From Bacteroidales bacterium (GTDB lineage Bacteria > Bacteroidota > Bacteroidia > Bacteroidales > F082), in contig JAFXLL010000014.1 of NCBI GenBank assembly GCA_017531225.1, positions 45,390 through 109,389 of the forward strand: a stretch of DNA of 64,000 nt, read 5' to 3'. The position numbers and the translations under genes were made by a program. Position 1 is the stretch's first letter. Every line of letters starts with the position of its first letter. Shown here one piece after another: positions 36,404 through 44,820 of the stretch. The notes under the pieces were generated by a model. That model was not told the DNA's origin and ran no database searches. It saw nothing but the letters and a program-made list of their open reading frames with translations.

Positions 36404-37981
36404 TTACTTCTGACTTTTTAAATATTCTTCCCACATCTCGTAACGCTTTCCTTTCAGCACGCGAGGGAACTTGGTGGCGCCGCCCCATTTGCCAATTTTT
36501 TCCTCCATGAATTTGTAAAACACCTGGGTGGGCAACACGTCGATAAACAGTTCCTTGATGGCTTCGGTACGTTCCACGGCGTAGTCGTCGTTGAGTTTGC
36601 AGAGGTATTCGTCAATCTTCTTGATAGCCACTTGAGGGTCGATCTTTTCGTCACAGCCCAAATACCAGTGGTGCGCATACATCGTGTCGTGCTTGATGCC
36701 CGCCACGGTGAACTCGGTGATGTTGACGCCTAAATCATCGGCTAACATCTCCACGGCCTGTGTCATGTTGTCCTGCGAGAGGTGTTCTCCGGTGATGCTT
36801 AGGAACTGCTTGGTACGTCCTGTGATTGCGATGTTGACTTCTCTTGGACGATCGCCATAGAGCGGACCTTCCGGTGGGATGAACTTGATGGTGTCGCCAA
36901 TGAGGTAACGCCAAGTTCCAGCACAGGTGGAGAGCAACAGGGCATAGTCGATGTTTGTCTCCACTTCGCTTAAGGTTAATGTCTTGGGATGTTCCACGAT
37001 ATTGCCATTCTCGTCGAAGTTTTCCTCGTTGAAAGGCACAAACTCGAAATAGATGCCGTTGTCGACCAGCAGCTGCATCACGCGTTTCTTCAAGTCGACC
37101 TGGTAGGCGATATAACCTTCGGAGGCGAGGTAGCTTTCAATATAGATCACCTTTTTGCCAAACAGGCGCTCGAAGCTCTTCTCATAAGGCGCGAAGGCTA
37201 CGCCGCTATGGACGTAAACCATCAAATTAGGCCAAAGGTCGTGGATGGTCTTCAGGTTATATTCCTTGATGATGCGTTCTAATAGGATCTGCACCCAAGC
37301 AGGCACTCCCACGATGACGCCGATGTCCCATGTGGGAGCGGCTTTCACCATCTCGTCAAGCTTCTCCGACCAATCCTTAATCTTGGAGATGCGCTGTCCG
37401 GGCTTATAGAAGAACTCAAACCACTTAGGGATACGTCCCGCAGAGATGCCCGAAAGATCGCCGGCATAATAGCCTCCTTCGCGGCTATACGACAGGTCGG
37501 TGCTACCGCCAATCATCAGCACGCCACGGTTGTAGAACTCCTTGGGAAAGTCGTAACGCACCGCTGACACGAGCTGACGGATGCTTGCCTTGGTGATCTT
37601 CGAATTGAGCTCCTTGGTAATCGGGATGTATTTGCTGGAGGCCTCGGAGGTACCGCTACTCAATGCAAAATACTTGATCTTGCCTGGCCAAGCCACATTG
37701 GACTCGCCGTTGAGGGAGCGATACCACCACTCGTCATGCATCTTGTTGTAGTCGAACACCGGAACGTTCTGACGGAATGCCTCGGTGACGTTTTTCGACA
37801 ACAAAATATCAGTAAAGTGGTAATGTCTGCCAAATTCGGTGAATTGTGCCTTGCGGAGCAGTTTCTTCAGCTCGCGTTCCTGGGCTTTCACGGGCCTGAT
37901 GGTCTTCTGCTTGATCTGCACGGGAATGTTTTTCAGTTCCGCGGCAGTCTTGACTATAGTTCCAAATAAGGGAGAAGCCAT
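36404..37981 (-). CDS. GH3 (auxin-responsive promoter) family adenylate-forming enzyme homolog
   Basis: 525 aa. KYFALSSGTSEASSKYIPIT and the overall layout are typical of bacterial GH3-family proteins. Confidence 0.78.
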   Translation of the reverse strand: MASPLFGTIVKTAAELKNIPVQIKQKTIRPVKAQERELKKLLRKAQFTEFGRHYHFTDILLSKNVTEAFRQNVPVFDYNKMHDEWWYRSLNGESNVAWPGKIKYFALSSGTSEASSKYIPITKELNSKITKASIRQLVSAVRYDFPKEFYNRGVLMIGGSTDLSYSREGGYYAGDLSGISAGRIPKWFEFFYKPGQRISKIKDWSEKLDEMVKAAPTWDIGVIVGVPAWVQILLERIIKEYNLKTIHDLWPNLMVYVHSGVAFAPYEKSFERLFGKKVIYIESYLASEGYIAYQVDLKKRVMQLLVDNGIYFEFVPFNEENFDENGNIVEHPKTLTLSEVETNIDYALLLSTCAGTWRYLIGDTIKFIPPEGPLYGDRPREVNIAITGRTKQFLSITGEHLSQDNMTQAVEMLADDLGVNITEFTVAGIKHDTMYAHHWYLGCDEKIDPQVAIKKIDEYLCKLNDDYAVERTEAIKELFIDVLPTQVFYKFMEEKIGKWGGATKFPRVLKGKRYEMWEEYLKSQK

Positions 37982-38005
37982 AATTCCAATTCAATTTTAA
38001 TGGTG

Positions 38006-38013
38006 CAAAAATA
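38006..38013 (-). promoter_or_regulatory. Candidate -7 box (TATTTTTG) for the GH3-family gene
   Basis: Reverse complement of caaaaata, 25 nt upstream of the ATG at 37981. Confidence 0.4.
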
Positions 38014-38023
38014 AGAAAATTAT

Positions 38024-38031
38024 TACTTTTG
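38024..38031 (+). promoter_or_regulatory. Candidate -7 box (TACTTTTG) for the OM beta-barrel gene
   Basis: Matches TAnnTTTG, 21 nt upstream of the GTG start at 38052. It is divergent from the box at 38006. Confidence 0.4.
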
Positions 38032-38051
38032 CACAAGATAATTAACACGCT

Positions 38052-38681
38052 GTGAAACGTTGCCTTTTAATTCTGTTGATGATCATCGTCCTTGCCTTGC
38101 CTGGGTTCGCCCAGAAGTTAGGCGGAGGCTTGATTTTAGGTCCTACCTTATCGACGATGAGTCTCAGTAAGGTCGACAGCACTCGTTTCCGCCCTAATCT
38201 ATGCTTTGGCGCCCGCATCGCTTTGATACCGCAACACTCAGTATTCGGTTTTGAGCTTGACGTCATCTATTCGCGACAGGGCACAGGAGCAAAAGCGTTT
38301 GTTTCCGAAAGCGGGGAAAAACACACGTGGTTTGAGAGGTCATCCTACATCAATATTCCGTTACTTCTGAACATTTATTTCAGAAAGTGGAATGAAGACG
38401 ATGAGGATGAAAGCAAGTTGATTAGGTTTCGGGTGGGACCTCAAATCGGTTTTTGTCTTCAGGGCGATGAGGTGATCTCAACCAAATATCCCAATAAAAC
38501 CGTGCAGCAAATCATTCCTTGGAAAGAAGGTACATTCAATAGGATCGATTATGGCATTACAGCCGCTATCAGCTACTGGTACGTGGAGGTACGATACACC
38601 TATGGCCTCTCCAACGTGTTCAAGGAAGAGGGAAAATCAACCAACCACGTGATCAGTATCACGTGGTCGGACATTTGGTAA
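38052..38681 (+). CDS. Outer-membrane beta-barrel (PorT/OmpA-like barrel) family protein
   Basis: 209 aa with a GTG start and a signal peptide. Alternating-hydrophobicity strands are visible, and the C-terminus is aromatic (ITWSDIW). Confidence 0.7.
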   Translation: MKRCLLILLMIIVLALPGFAQKLGGGLILGPTLSTMSLSKVDSTRFRPNLCFGARIALIPQHSVFGFELDVIYSRQGTGAKAFVSESGEKHTWFERSSYINIPLLLNIYFRKWNEDDEDESKLIRFRVGPQIGFCLQGDEVISTKYPNKTVQQIIPWKEGTFNRIDYGITAAISYWYVEVRYTYGLSNVFKEEGKSTNHVISITWSDIW

Positions 38682-38692
38682 AATACTGATTC

Positions 38693-38881
38693 TTAAGGCT
38701 GCTGAGGCATCAACAAAGCACAGATGAGGTAGGCTAAGATACCACAACCTCCAGCCAGGGCGAAAATGACCCAAATGATTCTCATGATCGTGGGATCCAT
38801 GTCGAAATATTCAGCGATGCCACCGCACACACCGCACAGTTTTTTGTCGTTTGAACGGTAAAGTTTCTTTTGTTCTGCCAT
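38693..38881 (-). CDS. PspC-domain membrane protein
   Basis: 62 aa. KKLYRSNDKKLCGVCGGIAEYFDMDPTIMRIIWVIFAL is the PspC domain signature, followed by a TM segment. Confidence 0.8.
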   Translation of the reverse strand: MAEQKKLYRSNDKKLCGVCGGIAEYFDMDPTIMRIIWVIFALAGGCGILAYLICALLMPQQP

Positions 38882-38888
38882 TTTTTCG

Positions 38889-38896
38889 TAATTTTG
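38889..38896 (+). promoter_or_regulatory. Candidate -7 box (TAATTTTG) for the EF-G paralog
   Basis: Matches TAnnTTTG, 40 nt upstream of the ATG at 38937. Confidence 0.4.
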
Positions 38897-38936
38897 TCGC
38901 CCAAAAATACATCAAAAATTATTCCAACACACCATT

Positions 38937-41006
38937 ATGAGTCAAAATATTTCAAAACTCCGCAATATTGGCATCGCGGCGCACATCGACGCCGGCAAAA
39001 CTACGGTCTCGGAACGCATCCTTTTCTTCACGGGTGTCAACCGTAAAGTGGGTGAGACCCACGACGGTCAGGCCACCATGGACTTTATGAAACAGGAGCA
39101 AGAGCGTGGCATCACCATCGCTTCAGCAGCCATCACCGCACATTGGAATGACCATCAAATCAACTTGATCGATACTCCCGGTCACGTCGACTTCACCGTC
39201 GAGGTGGAACGTTCGCTGCGTGTCATTGACGGCATGGTCGCTGTGTTTTGCGCCGTAGGCGGTGTGGAACCCCAGTCGGAAACCGTTTGGAACCAGGCAG
39301 ATAAATACCGTGTGCCTCGTATCGCTTTTGTCAATAAGATGGACCGCACCGGTGCCGACTTCAACGAAGTGGTCAGCCAAATGCAGAAGTATTTGGGCGC
39401 TAATGCCGTGCCGTTACACCTGCCTATCGGATCAGAGTCGACGTTTGAAGGTATGGTCGACTTGGTGCAGATGAACTCGGTTCGATTCATCGACAAGAAA
39501 CGCATTGTAGGTCCCATTCCGGAAAACCTCATGGAACAAGCCCAGGCGGCCCGTCACAACCTCATCGAAAAAGTTGCAGACCTAGATGATAACATAGCCG
39601 AGCTGTACCTCGAAGACAAGGAGATCCCGACCGATATGCTCATGGCAGCTATCCGTCAAGCCACCATCAAGCTGATGATGGTGCCAGTGCTTTGCGGCGC
39701 CGCTTATAAGAATAAAGGTATCCAGCTGCTGCTCGATGCCGTCGTCGATTACCTGCCTTCACCGAAGGATTTGGGTGCCATCATCGCTCACGATCCTTAC
39801 AACGAGGAGAAGACCTGTCAGCGTAACCCCTCTGAAAATGAACCTTTTGCCGCTTTGGCTTTCAAGCTCATCAACGATCCATACGTAGGTCAGCAGACCT
39901 TCATCCGTATCTTCAGCGGTAAGCTGGTGAACGGCATGAGCGTGTATAACACCAACAAGACCAAGAGCGAGCGTGTAGGCCGTATCTTCCGCATCAAGGC
40001 CAAGGAGCGTGAAGAGATTGCCGAGGCTGGTCCAGGTGAAATCGTGGCTCTCGTGGGCATGAAATACACCCGCACCGGCGACACCCTTTGCGACGAAAAA
40101 GCCCCGCTGATGCTCGAAAATATCCATATCCCTCCGGCGGTCATCGAGATGAAGGTGAACCTCGAGGATAAGAAGAACCGCAGTAAGCTTTCCGAGGCTT
40201 TGGCCAAGCTCTGCAATGAAGATCCTTCGTTCCGCGCGCATTTCGATGAAGAAACGGAAGAGACCATCATCGCAGGCATGGGTGAACTGCATCTAGAGAT
40301 CATCGTTGACCGTATCAATACAGAGTTCAAGGTGCCGGTCTCGGTAGGTGCTCCTTCGGTGTCGTTCCGTGAGACCATCACTGCCCCATTCGAGTGCAAC
40401 TACAAATTCTCGAAACAGACAGGTGGTAAGGGCCAGTACGCCCACACCGTCATCCGTTTTGAGCCGAATCCAGGCAAGGGCTTCGAGTTTGTCGACATTA
40501 CCAAGGGCGGCGTCATTCCTAAGGAATACATCCCATCAGTGGAAAAAGGTCTGGCTGCAGCCATGAACAAGGGTCCATTCGCCGGCTATCCCGTGGTGGA
40601 TGTGAAATGCGTCCTTGTGGATGGTAGCTCACACCCCGTGGATTCAAGCGATATGGCTTTCCAGCTCTGCGCCCAGATGTGTTTCAAGCAGGCCTTCATG
40701 AAAGCCAGCCCTGTGTTGCTTGAGCCTATGATGAAGGTGGAGATCAACACTCCTGACGATTACATTGGCAACGTGACAGGCGACGTCAACAAACGTCGTG
40801 GCCGCATTGAGAACATGCGTCGTTTCCGCAAAGGCTCACAAAAGTTGGATGCCTTCATCCCGCTCATGGAGATGTTTGGCTACGCCACGGCCTTGCGCAA
40901 CCTCACTTCTGGCCGCGCCAACTACTCGATGGAGTTCTTCCAGTACACGCCTACCCCGAAGGATAAGCAGGAAGAGATCGTGAAGGAACGGAATTCCAAT
41001 AATTAA
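38937..41006 (+). CDS. Elongation factor G-family GTPase (stand-alone paralog)
   Basis: 689 aa. G motifs: AHIDAGKTT, DTPGHVDF, NKMD. EF-G domains II-V are recognisable. The gene is not flanked by rpsG/tuf. Confidence 0.9.
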   Translation: MSQNISKLRNIGIAAHIDAGKTTVSERILFFTGVNRKVGETHDGQATMDFMKQEQERGITIASAAITAHWNDHQINLIDTPGHVDFTVEVERSLRVIDGMVAVFCAVGGVEPQSETVWNQADKYRVPRIAFVNKMDRTGADFNEVVSQMQKYLGANAVPLHLPIGSESTFEGMVDLVQMNSVRFIDKKRIVGPIPENLMEQAQAARHNLIEKVADLDDNIAELYLEDKEIPTDMLMAAIRQATIKLMMVPVLCGAAYKNKGIQLLLDAVVDYLPSPKDLGAIIAHDPYNEEKTCQRNPSENEPFAALAFKLINDPYVGQQTFIRIFSGKLVNGMSVYNTNKTKSERVGRIFRIKAKEREEIAEAGPGEIVALVGMKYTRTGDTLCDEKAPLMLENIHIPPAVIEMKVNLEDKKNRSKLSEALAKLCNEDPSFRAHFDEETEETIIAGMGELHLEIIVDRINTEFKVPVSVGAPSVSFRETITAPFECNYKFSKQTGGKGQYAHTVIRFEPNPGKGFEFVDITKGGVIPKEYIPSVEKGLAAAMNKGPFAGYPVVDVKCVLVDGSSHPVDSSDMAFQLCAQMCFKQAFMKASPVLLEPMMKVEINTPDDYIGNVTGDVNKRRGRIENMRRFRKGSQKLDAFIPLMEMFGYATALRNLTSGRANYSMEFFQYTPTPKDKQEEIVKERNSNN

Positions 41007-41115
41007 AAATACATCTAGTTATTTGAAAAAAATAACAAAAACGATTTGGGATAAAAAAAAACACCTATATTTGCAAGGAAGTTTTATTTGCAGGGTAAAA
41101 TCTGTTGAACTTACA

Positions 41116-41577
41116 TTAACGAGCTGGATTATTCCGGCTCGTTTTGTATTTGAAGCGACACTCATCCAAACTGTAATGGAATTTTCCGTCATTACAGATT
41201 TGAACATTGATGGCAAAGAAGCACAATTCATTGTCAACTAACAATTTGCATTTATAATTACAGTAGGCGATAACATTCTCTGGGTCATCGAGCTTCCGTT
41301 CTCCCCAATTAGTGTGAATGGCGTATTTAAGCATCTCGTCCAAAACTAATATAGCAGCGGCTTTCTTGGGATACATTGCTGCTCCATATGAAGTCTTTTT
41401 GTTTCCCAAGCGCTTAAATGAAATCTCAATTCCCATGTCGAGATTCACCACCTTTTCACCAATAAAATGGTTTTTATAGTATGCCCGACACCACACTCTT
41501 AATTCCTTTTTACTCATTCCAGTGAAACCAGAGGTACTTGTTTCAGGGATGACGATCTGTTGTTTCTTTCCAGCCAT
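41116..41577 (-). CDS. Hypothetical protein (153 aa), no recognisable family
   Basis: Start is MAGKKQQIVIPE (ATG at 41577), with a TATATTTG box 12 nt upstream. It is an isolated gene in an AT-rich region. Confidence 0.55.
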   Translation of the reverse strand: MAGKKQQIVIPETSTSGFTGMSKKELRVWCRAYYKNHFIGEKVVNLDMGIEISFKRLGNKKTSYGAAMYPKKAAAILVLDEMLKYAIHTNWGERKLDDPENVIAYCNYKCKLLVDNELCFFAINVQICNDGKFHYSLDECRFKYKTSRNNPAR

Positions 41578-41588
41578 AATTTTTGTTG

Positions 41589-41596
41589 CAAATATA
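41589..41596 (-). promoter_or_regulatory. Candidate -7 box (TATATTTG) for the 153-aa gene
   Basis: Reverse complement of caaatata, just upstream of the ATG at 41577. Confidence 0.4.
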
Positions 41597-41662
41597 CAAC
41601 TAATTTGAAGCGTTGTCAATAAAAATAATGTAAAAAACCATTAATTAAATATATAGAAATAG

Positions 41663-41690
41663 AAAAAATCCGTCCATCGGGCGGCTTTTT
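41663..41690. terminator. Short GC hairpin flanked by A-run and T-run (bidirectional terminator-like)
   Basis: aaaaaat-CCGTCC-atc-GGGCGG-cttttt. The 6-bp stem includes one G-U pair. No CDS ends next to it. Confidence 0.35.
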
Positions 41691-41855
41691 GAATTTTTGG
41701 AGCTTTTTTTAAAAAATTTGATTGATAAATCGAAAATTCCGATATTTGCCAATTCAAACATGTTTTACCAACCTTGATGGAATGAAATAATAAACAGATT
41801 TTAAACGACATATAATGACATAAAAGCGTTTTCGCTTTTCTTGGATGATTCGAAA

Positions 41856-41946
41856 CCTAGACAATTTTGAATTATGCACACCGAGAAAGCGGGAATGCTC
41901 ACGGGAAACCGTGAGCTTTCTTGTTGGTGTGCATAGGTAGTCTAGG
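41856..41946. other. 91-nt nested imperfect hairpin; candidate structured RNA or leader element
   Basis: Pairings: CCTAGAC (41856-62) with GTCTAGG (41940-46). TGCACACC (41875-82) with GGTGTGCA (41926-33). GAGAAAGC with GCTTTCTT. Apical GCTCACGG-GAAA-CCGTGAGC (41897-41916). Confidence 0.3.
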
Positions 41947-42034
41947 ACCTCGAATCTCAACATGAAGTTCGCGGTTCTTTTTTTATGTCGTTTGTTCAAT
42001 AACTGGAAATACAAAACAAGAAAATACTAATCTT

Positions 42035-42943
42035 ATGAAAAAACACATTCTTTTCTTTATTCTGCTGATGGCGTTTTCAACGATGGCCATGGCTCAAGAG
42101 ACCAAAAAAGTGGGTGTGCTTCCTACCGTGAATCGCAAGGGCAACGTAAATGAAGGCGTTTGTTTGATCCTGCAAAGCCAATTGGCTTACGCTGTTACCC
42201 AGAAACCTGGTTATGAGGGTTATGACCGAGTGGATATGGGCAAAATCATAGATGAATTGGATTTCCAACGCACGGGTTTGGTGAGTGATGACCAAATCAA
42301 GGAACTGGGTAAGCTGAACGGGGTAGACTACCTCCTTATTGCCGAGGTTGCCAACTACGACATCAATCATGTTGTCATTACAGCCAAGATTCTCAATGCG
42401 GAGACGGCACGCTTGGAAAGTACGGTTCCAGGTGAAATAGCAAGCACCAACCCGAAGGAAATGCGGGAATCGTGTATGAATGTTGCGAATATGCTTTTGG
42501 GAGGGACTGTTGTAACGACAACGAAGACAGGGGTGCTTACTAAAGGACAAGATTTTTATTATCTTGATGGACAAAGAATTACAGATGAACGATATGTAGA
42601 AATAATCCAAAGCTGCCCTGAGGCGTGGTTGGAATATGAAAGAGGAGGAAAGCTAAGAAAAACAGGTAGGTTATTATTATTTGGAGGTCCTGTGGTATGT
42701 GCTGTATTAGGCATTATTCCAGGTGTTTTATTGGAAAGTGTTCCTGCGGGTATTGGAATGGGAGCTTTTTATGGCGGTATTCCTTGTATTATTGCTTCCA
42801 TACCCTGTTTTATTTCAGGCAAGCACAAAAAAGACAACGCTTACAAAACCTATAACCAATATTGTTCTCAACAATCATCTGTATCATTGAGTTTTGGCCC
42901 CGCCACTCAAGGCATAGGTGTTGGCTGTTCCATTAATTTTTAA
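42035..42943 (+). CDS. Secreted/membrane protein with CsgG/LpoB-like N-terminal domain and C-terminal hydrophobic segments (hypothetical)
   Basis: 302 aa with a signal peptide. KKVGVLPTVNRKG...DELDFQRTGLVSDDQIKELGKLNGVDYLLIAEV resembles the CsgG/LpoB-type fold signature. There are two or three TM-like segments near the C-terminus. Confidence 0.6.
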   Translation: MKKHILFFILLMAFSTMAMAQETKKVGVLPTVNRKGNVNEGVCLILQSQLAYAVTQKPGYEGYDRVDMGKIIDELDFQRTGLVSDDQIKELGKLNGVDYLLIAEVANYDINHVVITAKILNAETARLESTVPGEIASTNPKEMRESCMNVANMLLGGTVVTTTKTGVLTKGQDFYYLDGQRITDERYVEIIQSCPEAWLEYERGGKLRKTGRLLLFGGPVVCAVLGIIPGVLLESVPAGIGMGAFYGGIPCIIASIPCFISGKHKKDNAYKTYNQYCSQQSSVSLSFGPATQGIGVGCSINF

Positions 42944-42970
42944 TTCTAAATAAAAGTTAACCAAATTGTT

Positions 42971-43945
42971 ATGAAAAAATACCTCATTATCAATACGGTT
43001 ATTCTTATCGCTCTTATGTTGGTTTCCTGTGGTAGTAAGAAATCGACAGTTTATCCGAAGGAATGGGCAAAATACGACAATGAATACCATTATTTTGACA
43101 TCAAAAGCGGAACCAATAATCAAAACATAGAGCAAGCACAATTCGAAAAAATGCTCTTGGACTGGGCTTTAGAGGGTCTTAAGAAACAGGTTCAGACTAA
43201 AGCAGGAGATGTAGAGATTGAAAAGAATCTTATCAAAACCGAAAGCTATACCAATACGGCAAAACAAGACACTTACGTGATTGCATACATTAATAAACGA
43301 GAAGCTTGTCAGTATTACGAAAAGGAATTACAACGCATTCAAAACAAGGTTGAGAAAGCCTTTCAGATAGCCAATGATTATGAGCAACAAGGTTTCAAGC
43401 CGAAGGCGATCACTGTGTTAAAACAGGCTTTAGCGGATTTGGATTTATCGGAAGAAATCTTCTTTTGGTTCAATGTTTATGAGATGCCTACAACGCAAGT
43501 GCAACAGCATCGCAATAATGTTCAACAAGCCGAACATAATTTGAAAACCAAGATTACCGAATTGGAGCAGAGTACTTTCTATTGTGTGCTTTGTACGGCC
43601 GACTTTTTTGGCAAGCCGTATTCCAAGTTGGAAACGGACATCAAAAACGAACTTTCAACATGGGGTTGTCGTTTTACAGATAATGCCGTTGCTGCCGATT
43701 ATGTGATAGATGTTAAGGCTTCAGTACGTGAACACCAAAAGGCTGAAGTTGAGGGTAAAGATTTTTATACTTCATACGTGGATGTTGCGCTTACCATCGA
43801 TAACAATGTTGTAAATCAACGTATTTACAATGATGAGATCTCAATAAAAGGCATACATACAGTAAACTATGAAGATGCCGCCCGAGACGGGTATAAGAAA
43901 ACCGTTAGTGAGATTTGTAAGATATTGAGAAATGAGATTTTTTAA
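42971..43945 (+). CDS. Lipoprotein, function unknown
   Basis: 324 aa with lipobox LMLVSCG. Follows the previous gene after 27 nt. Confidence 0.65.
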   Translation: MKKYLIINTVILIALMLVSCGSKKSTVYPKEWAKYDNEYHYFDIKSGTNNQNIEQAQFEKMLLDWALEGLKKQVQTKAGDVEIEKNLIKTESYTNTAKQDTYVIAYINKREACQYYEKELQRIQNKVEKAFQIANDYEQQGFKPKAITVLKQALADLDLSEEIFFWFNVYEMPTTQVQQHRNNVQQAEHNLKTKITELEQSTFYCVLCTADFFGKPYSKLETDIKNELSTWGCRFTDNAVAADYVIDVKASVREHQKAEVEGKDFYTSYVDVALTIDNNVVNQRIYNDEISIKGIHTVNYEDAARDGYKKTVSEICKILRNEIF

Positions 43946-44628
43946 TAACAGGGTTTATTTAACCATTGGCAAAAATCCTTGGTTTTCTTGAACTCCTCCA
44001 ATACCCAATCCACCAGATCAGGGCTGTAGAGGTGTTTGTCATCAACCTCTTTCACTAACAGCCAGTCGCGTTGCTTGAAATATTCAGCATAAGGATGGTC
44101 CTTGGGATAACCGTTGGGCACCCGTTTCAGGGCACTGTGGGTATCCAATGAAAAACCACGAGCTTTCTTGATGGCTTTCTCTAACGGCTCGCCGTTGTAA
44201 AGGATCTCTTCGCGGACGCTCTTCAGGGTCTCGGGATAGGGCATATACATCCCTGTGCAGAGCATGTTACCGCTGAAATAGTCCTCCGACTCACGAGGCT
44301 GTACTTGGAAATAGTATCCGCTGAGCATCGATTTCTTGCCGCCTTTGCAGACGAACACCCCGAAATGGGTCTTGTAAGGCCGTTTATCTGACGAAAAACG
44401 GGTATCGCGATAGAAACGATAGGTGCAGTCTTTCAGCGTCAGTCCCTGCATGTCGGGGTCGAACTGAGCAACTCCAGCGATGATTTGCTCGGCAATGGCG
44501 TTGAACTTAGCTTGAGCGCTTTGGTATTCCTGTTTGTGCTCGTGGAACCATTCGCGGTTGTTATTGTGGAGCACATTGGTGAGAAAAGTGATGATTTCTT
44601 CCATTTTTATCTGTTTTTGACTGGACAA
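43942..44628 (-). CDS. DUF2461 (TIGR02453) family protein
   Basis: 228 aa. Motifs NNNREWFHEHKQEY and YRDTRFSSDKRPYKTHFG are characteristic of the family as I recall it. Confidence 0.75.
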   Translation of the reverse strand: MSSQKQIKMEEIITFLTNVLHNNNREWFHEHKQEYQSAQAKFNAIAEQIIAGVAQFDPDMQGLTLKDCTYRFYRDTRFSSDKRPYKTHFGVFVCKGGKKSMLSGYYFQVQPRESEDYFSGNMLCTGMYMPYPETLKSVREEILYNGEPLEKAIKKARGFSLDTHSALKRVPNGYPKDHPYAEYFKQRDWLLVKEVDDKHLYSPDLVDWVLEEFKKTKDFCQWLNKPCY

Positions 44629-44774
44629 AAATAGTGTTTTTTTCGTTTTGTGACGAAAAACGACATGGACAAAAGCGGTTTTTAATAGTTTTTAAATCGT
44701 TGATTATCAATGTTTATATATAGGGACACCTTGAAACCACAGGGACATCAACCCTCTTGAAGCCGAACTCCCTC

Positions 44775-44803
44775 TTGACAAGCTTTTTTTCTACCTAATT
44801 TTG
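44775..44803 (+). promoter_or_regulatory. Promoter cassette TTGACA-N15-TAATTTTG (copy 1)
   Basis: CTCTTGACAAgctttttttctacCTAATTTTGC, ending 17 nt before the ATG at 44821. Geometry and core sequence match the cassette at 48619-48647. Confidence 0.55.
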
Positions 44804-44820
44804 CTTCAAACAATTGAACA

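Noticed and set aside
41843-41862. T-loop-like string (reverse complement ggtttcgaatc), considered as a tRNA fragment
   Set aside because: - No complementary T-stem, acceptor stem or anticodon arm can be drawn around it.
41754-42014. 86-aa minus-strand ORF covering the nested hairpin, and the 72-aa plus-strand ORF 41023..41241
   Set aside because: - Neither has a plausible start context.
- Both products are lysine/arginine/phenylalanine-rich, as expected from translating AT-rich non-coding DNA.
- One overlaps the hairpin, and the other overlaps the 3' end of a better-supported gene.
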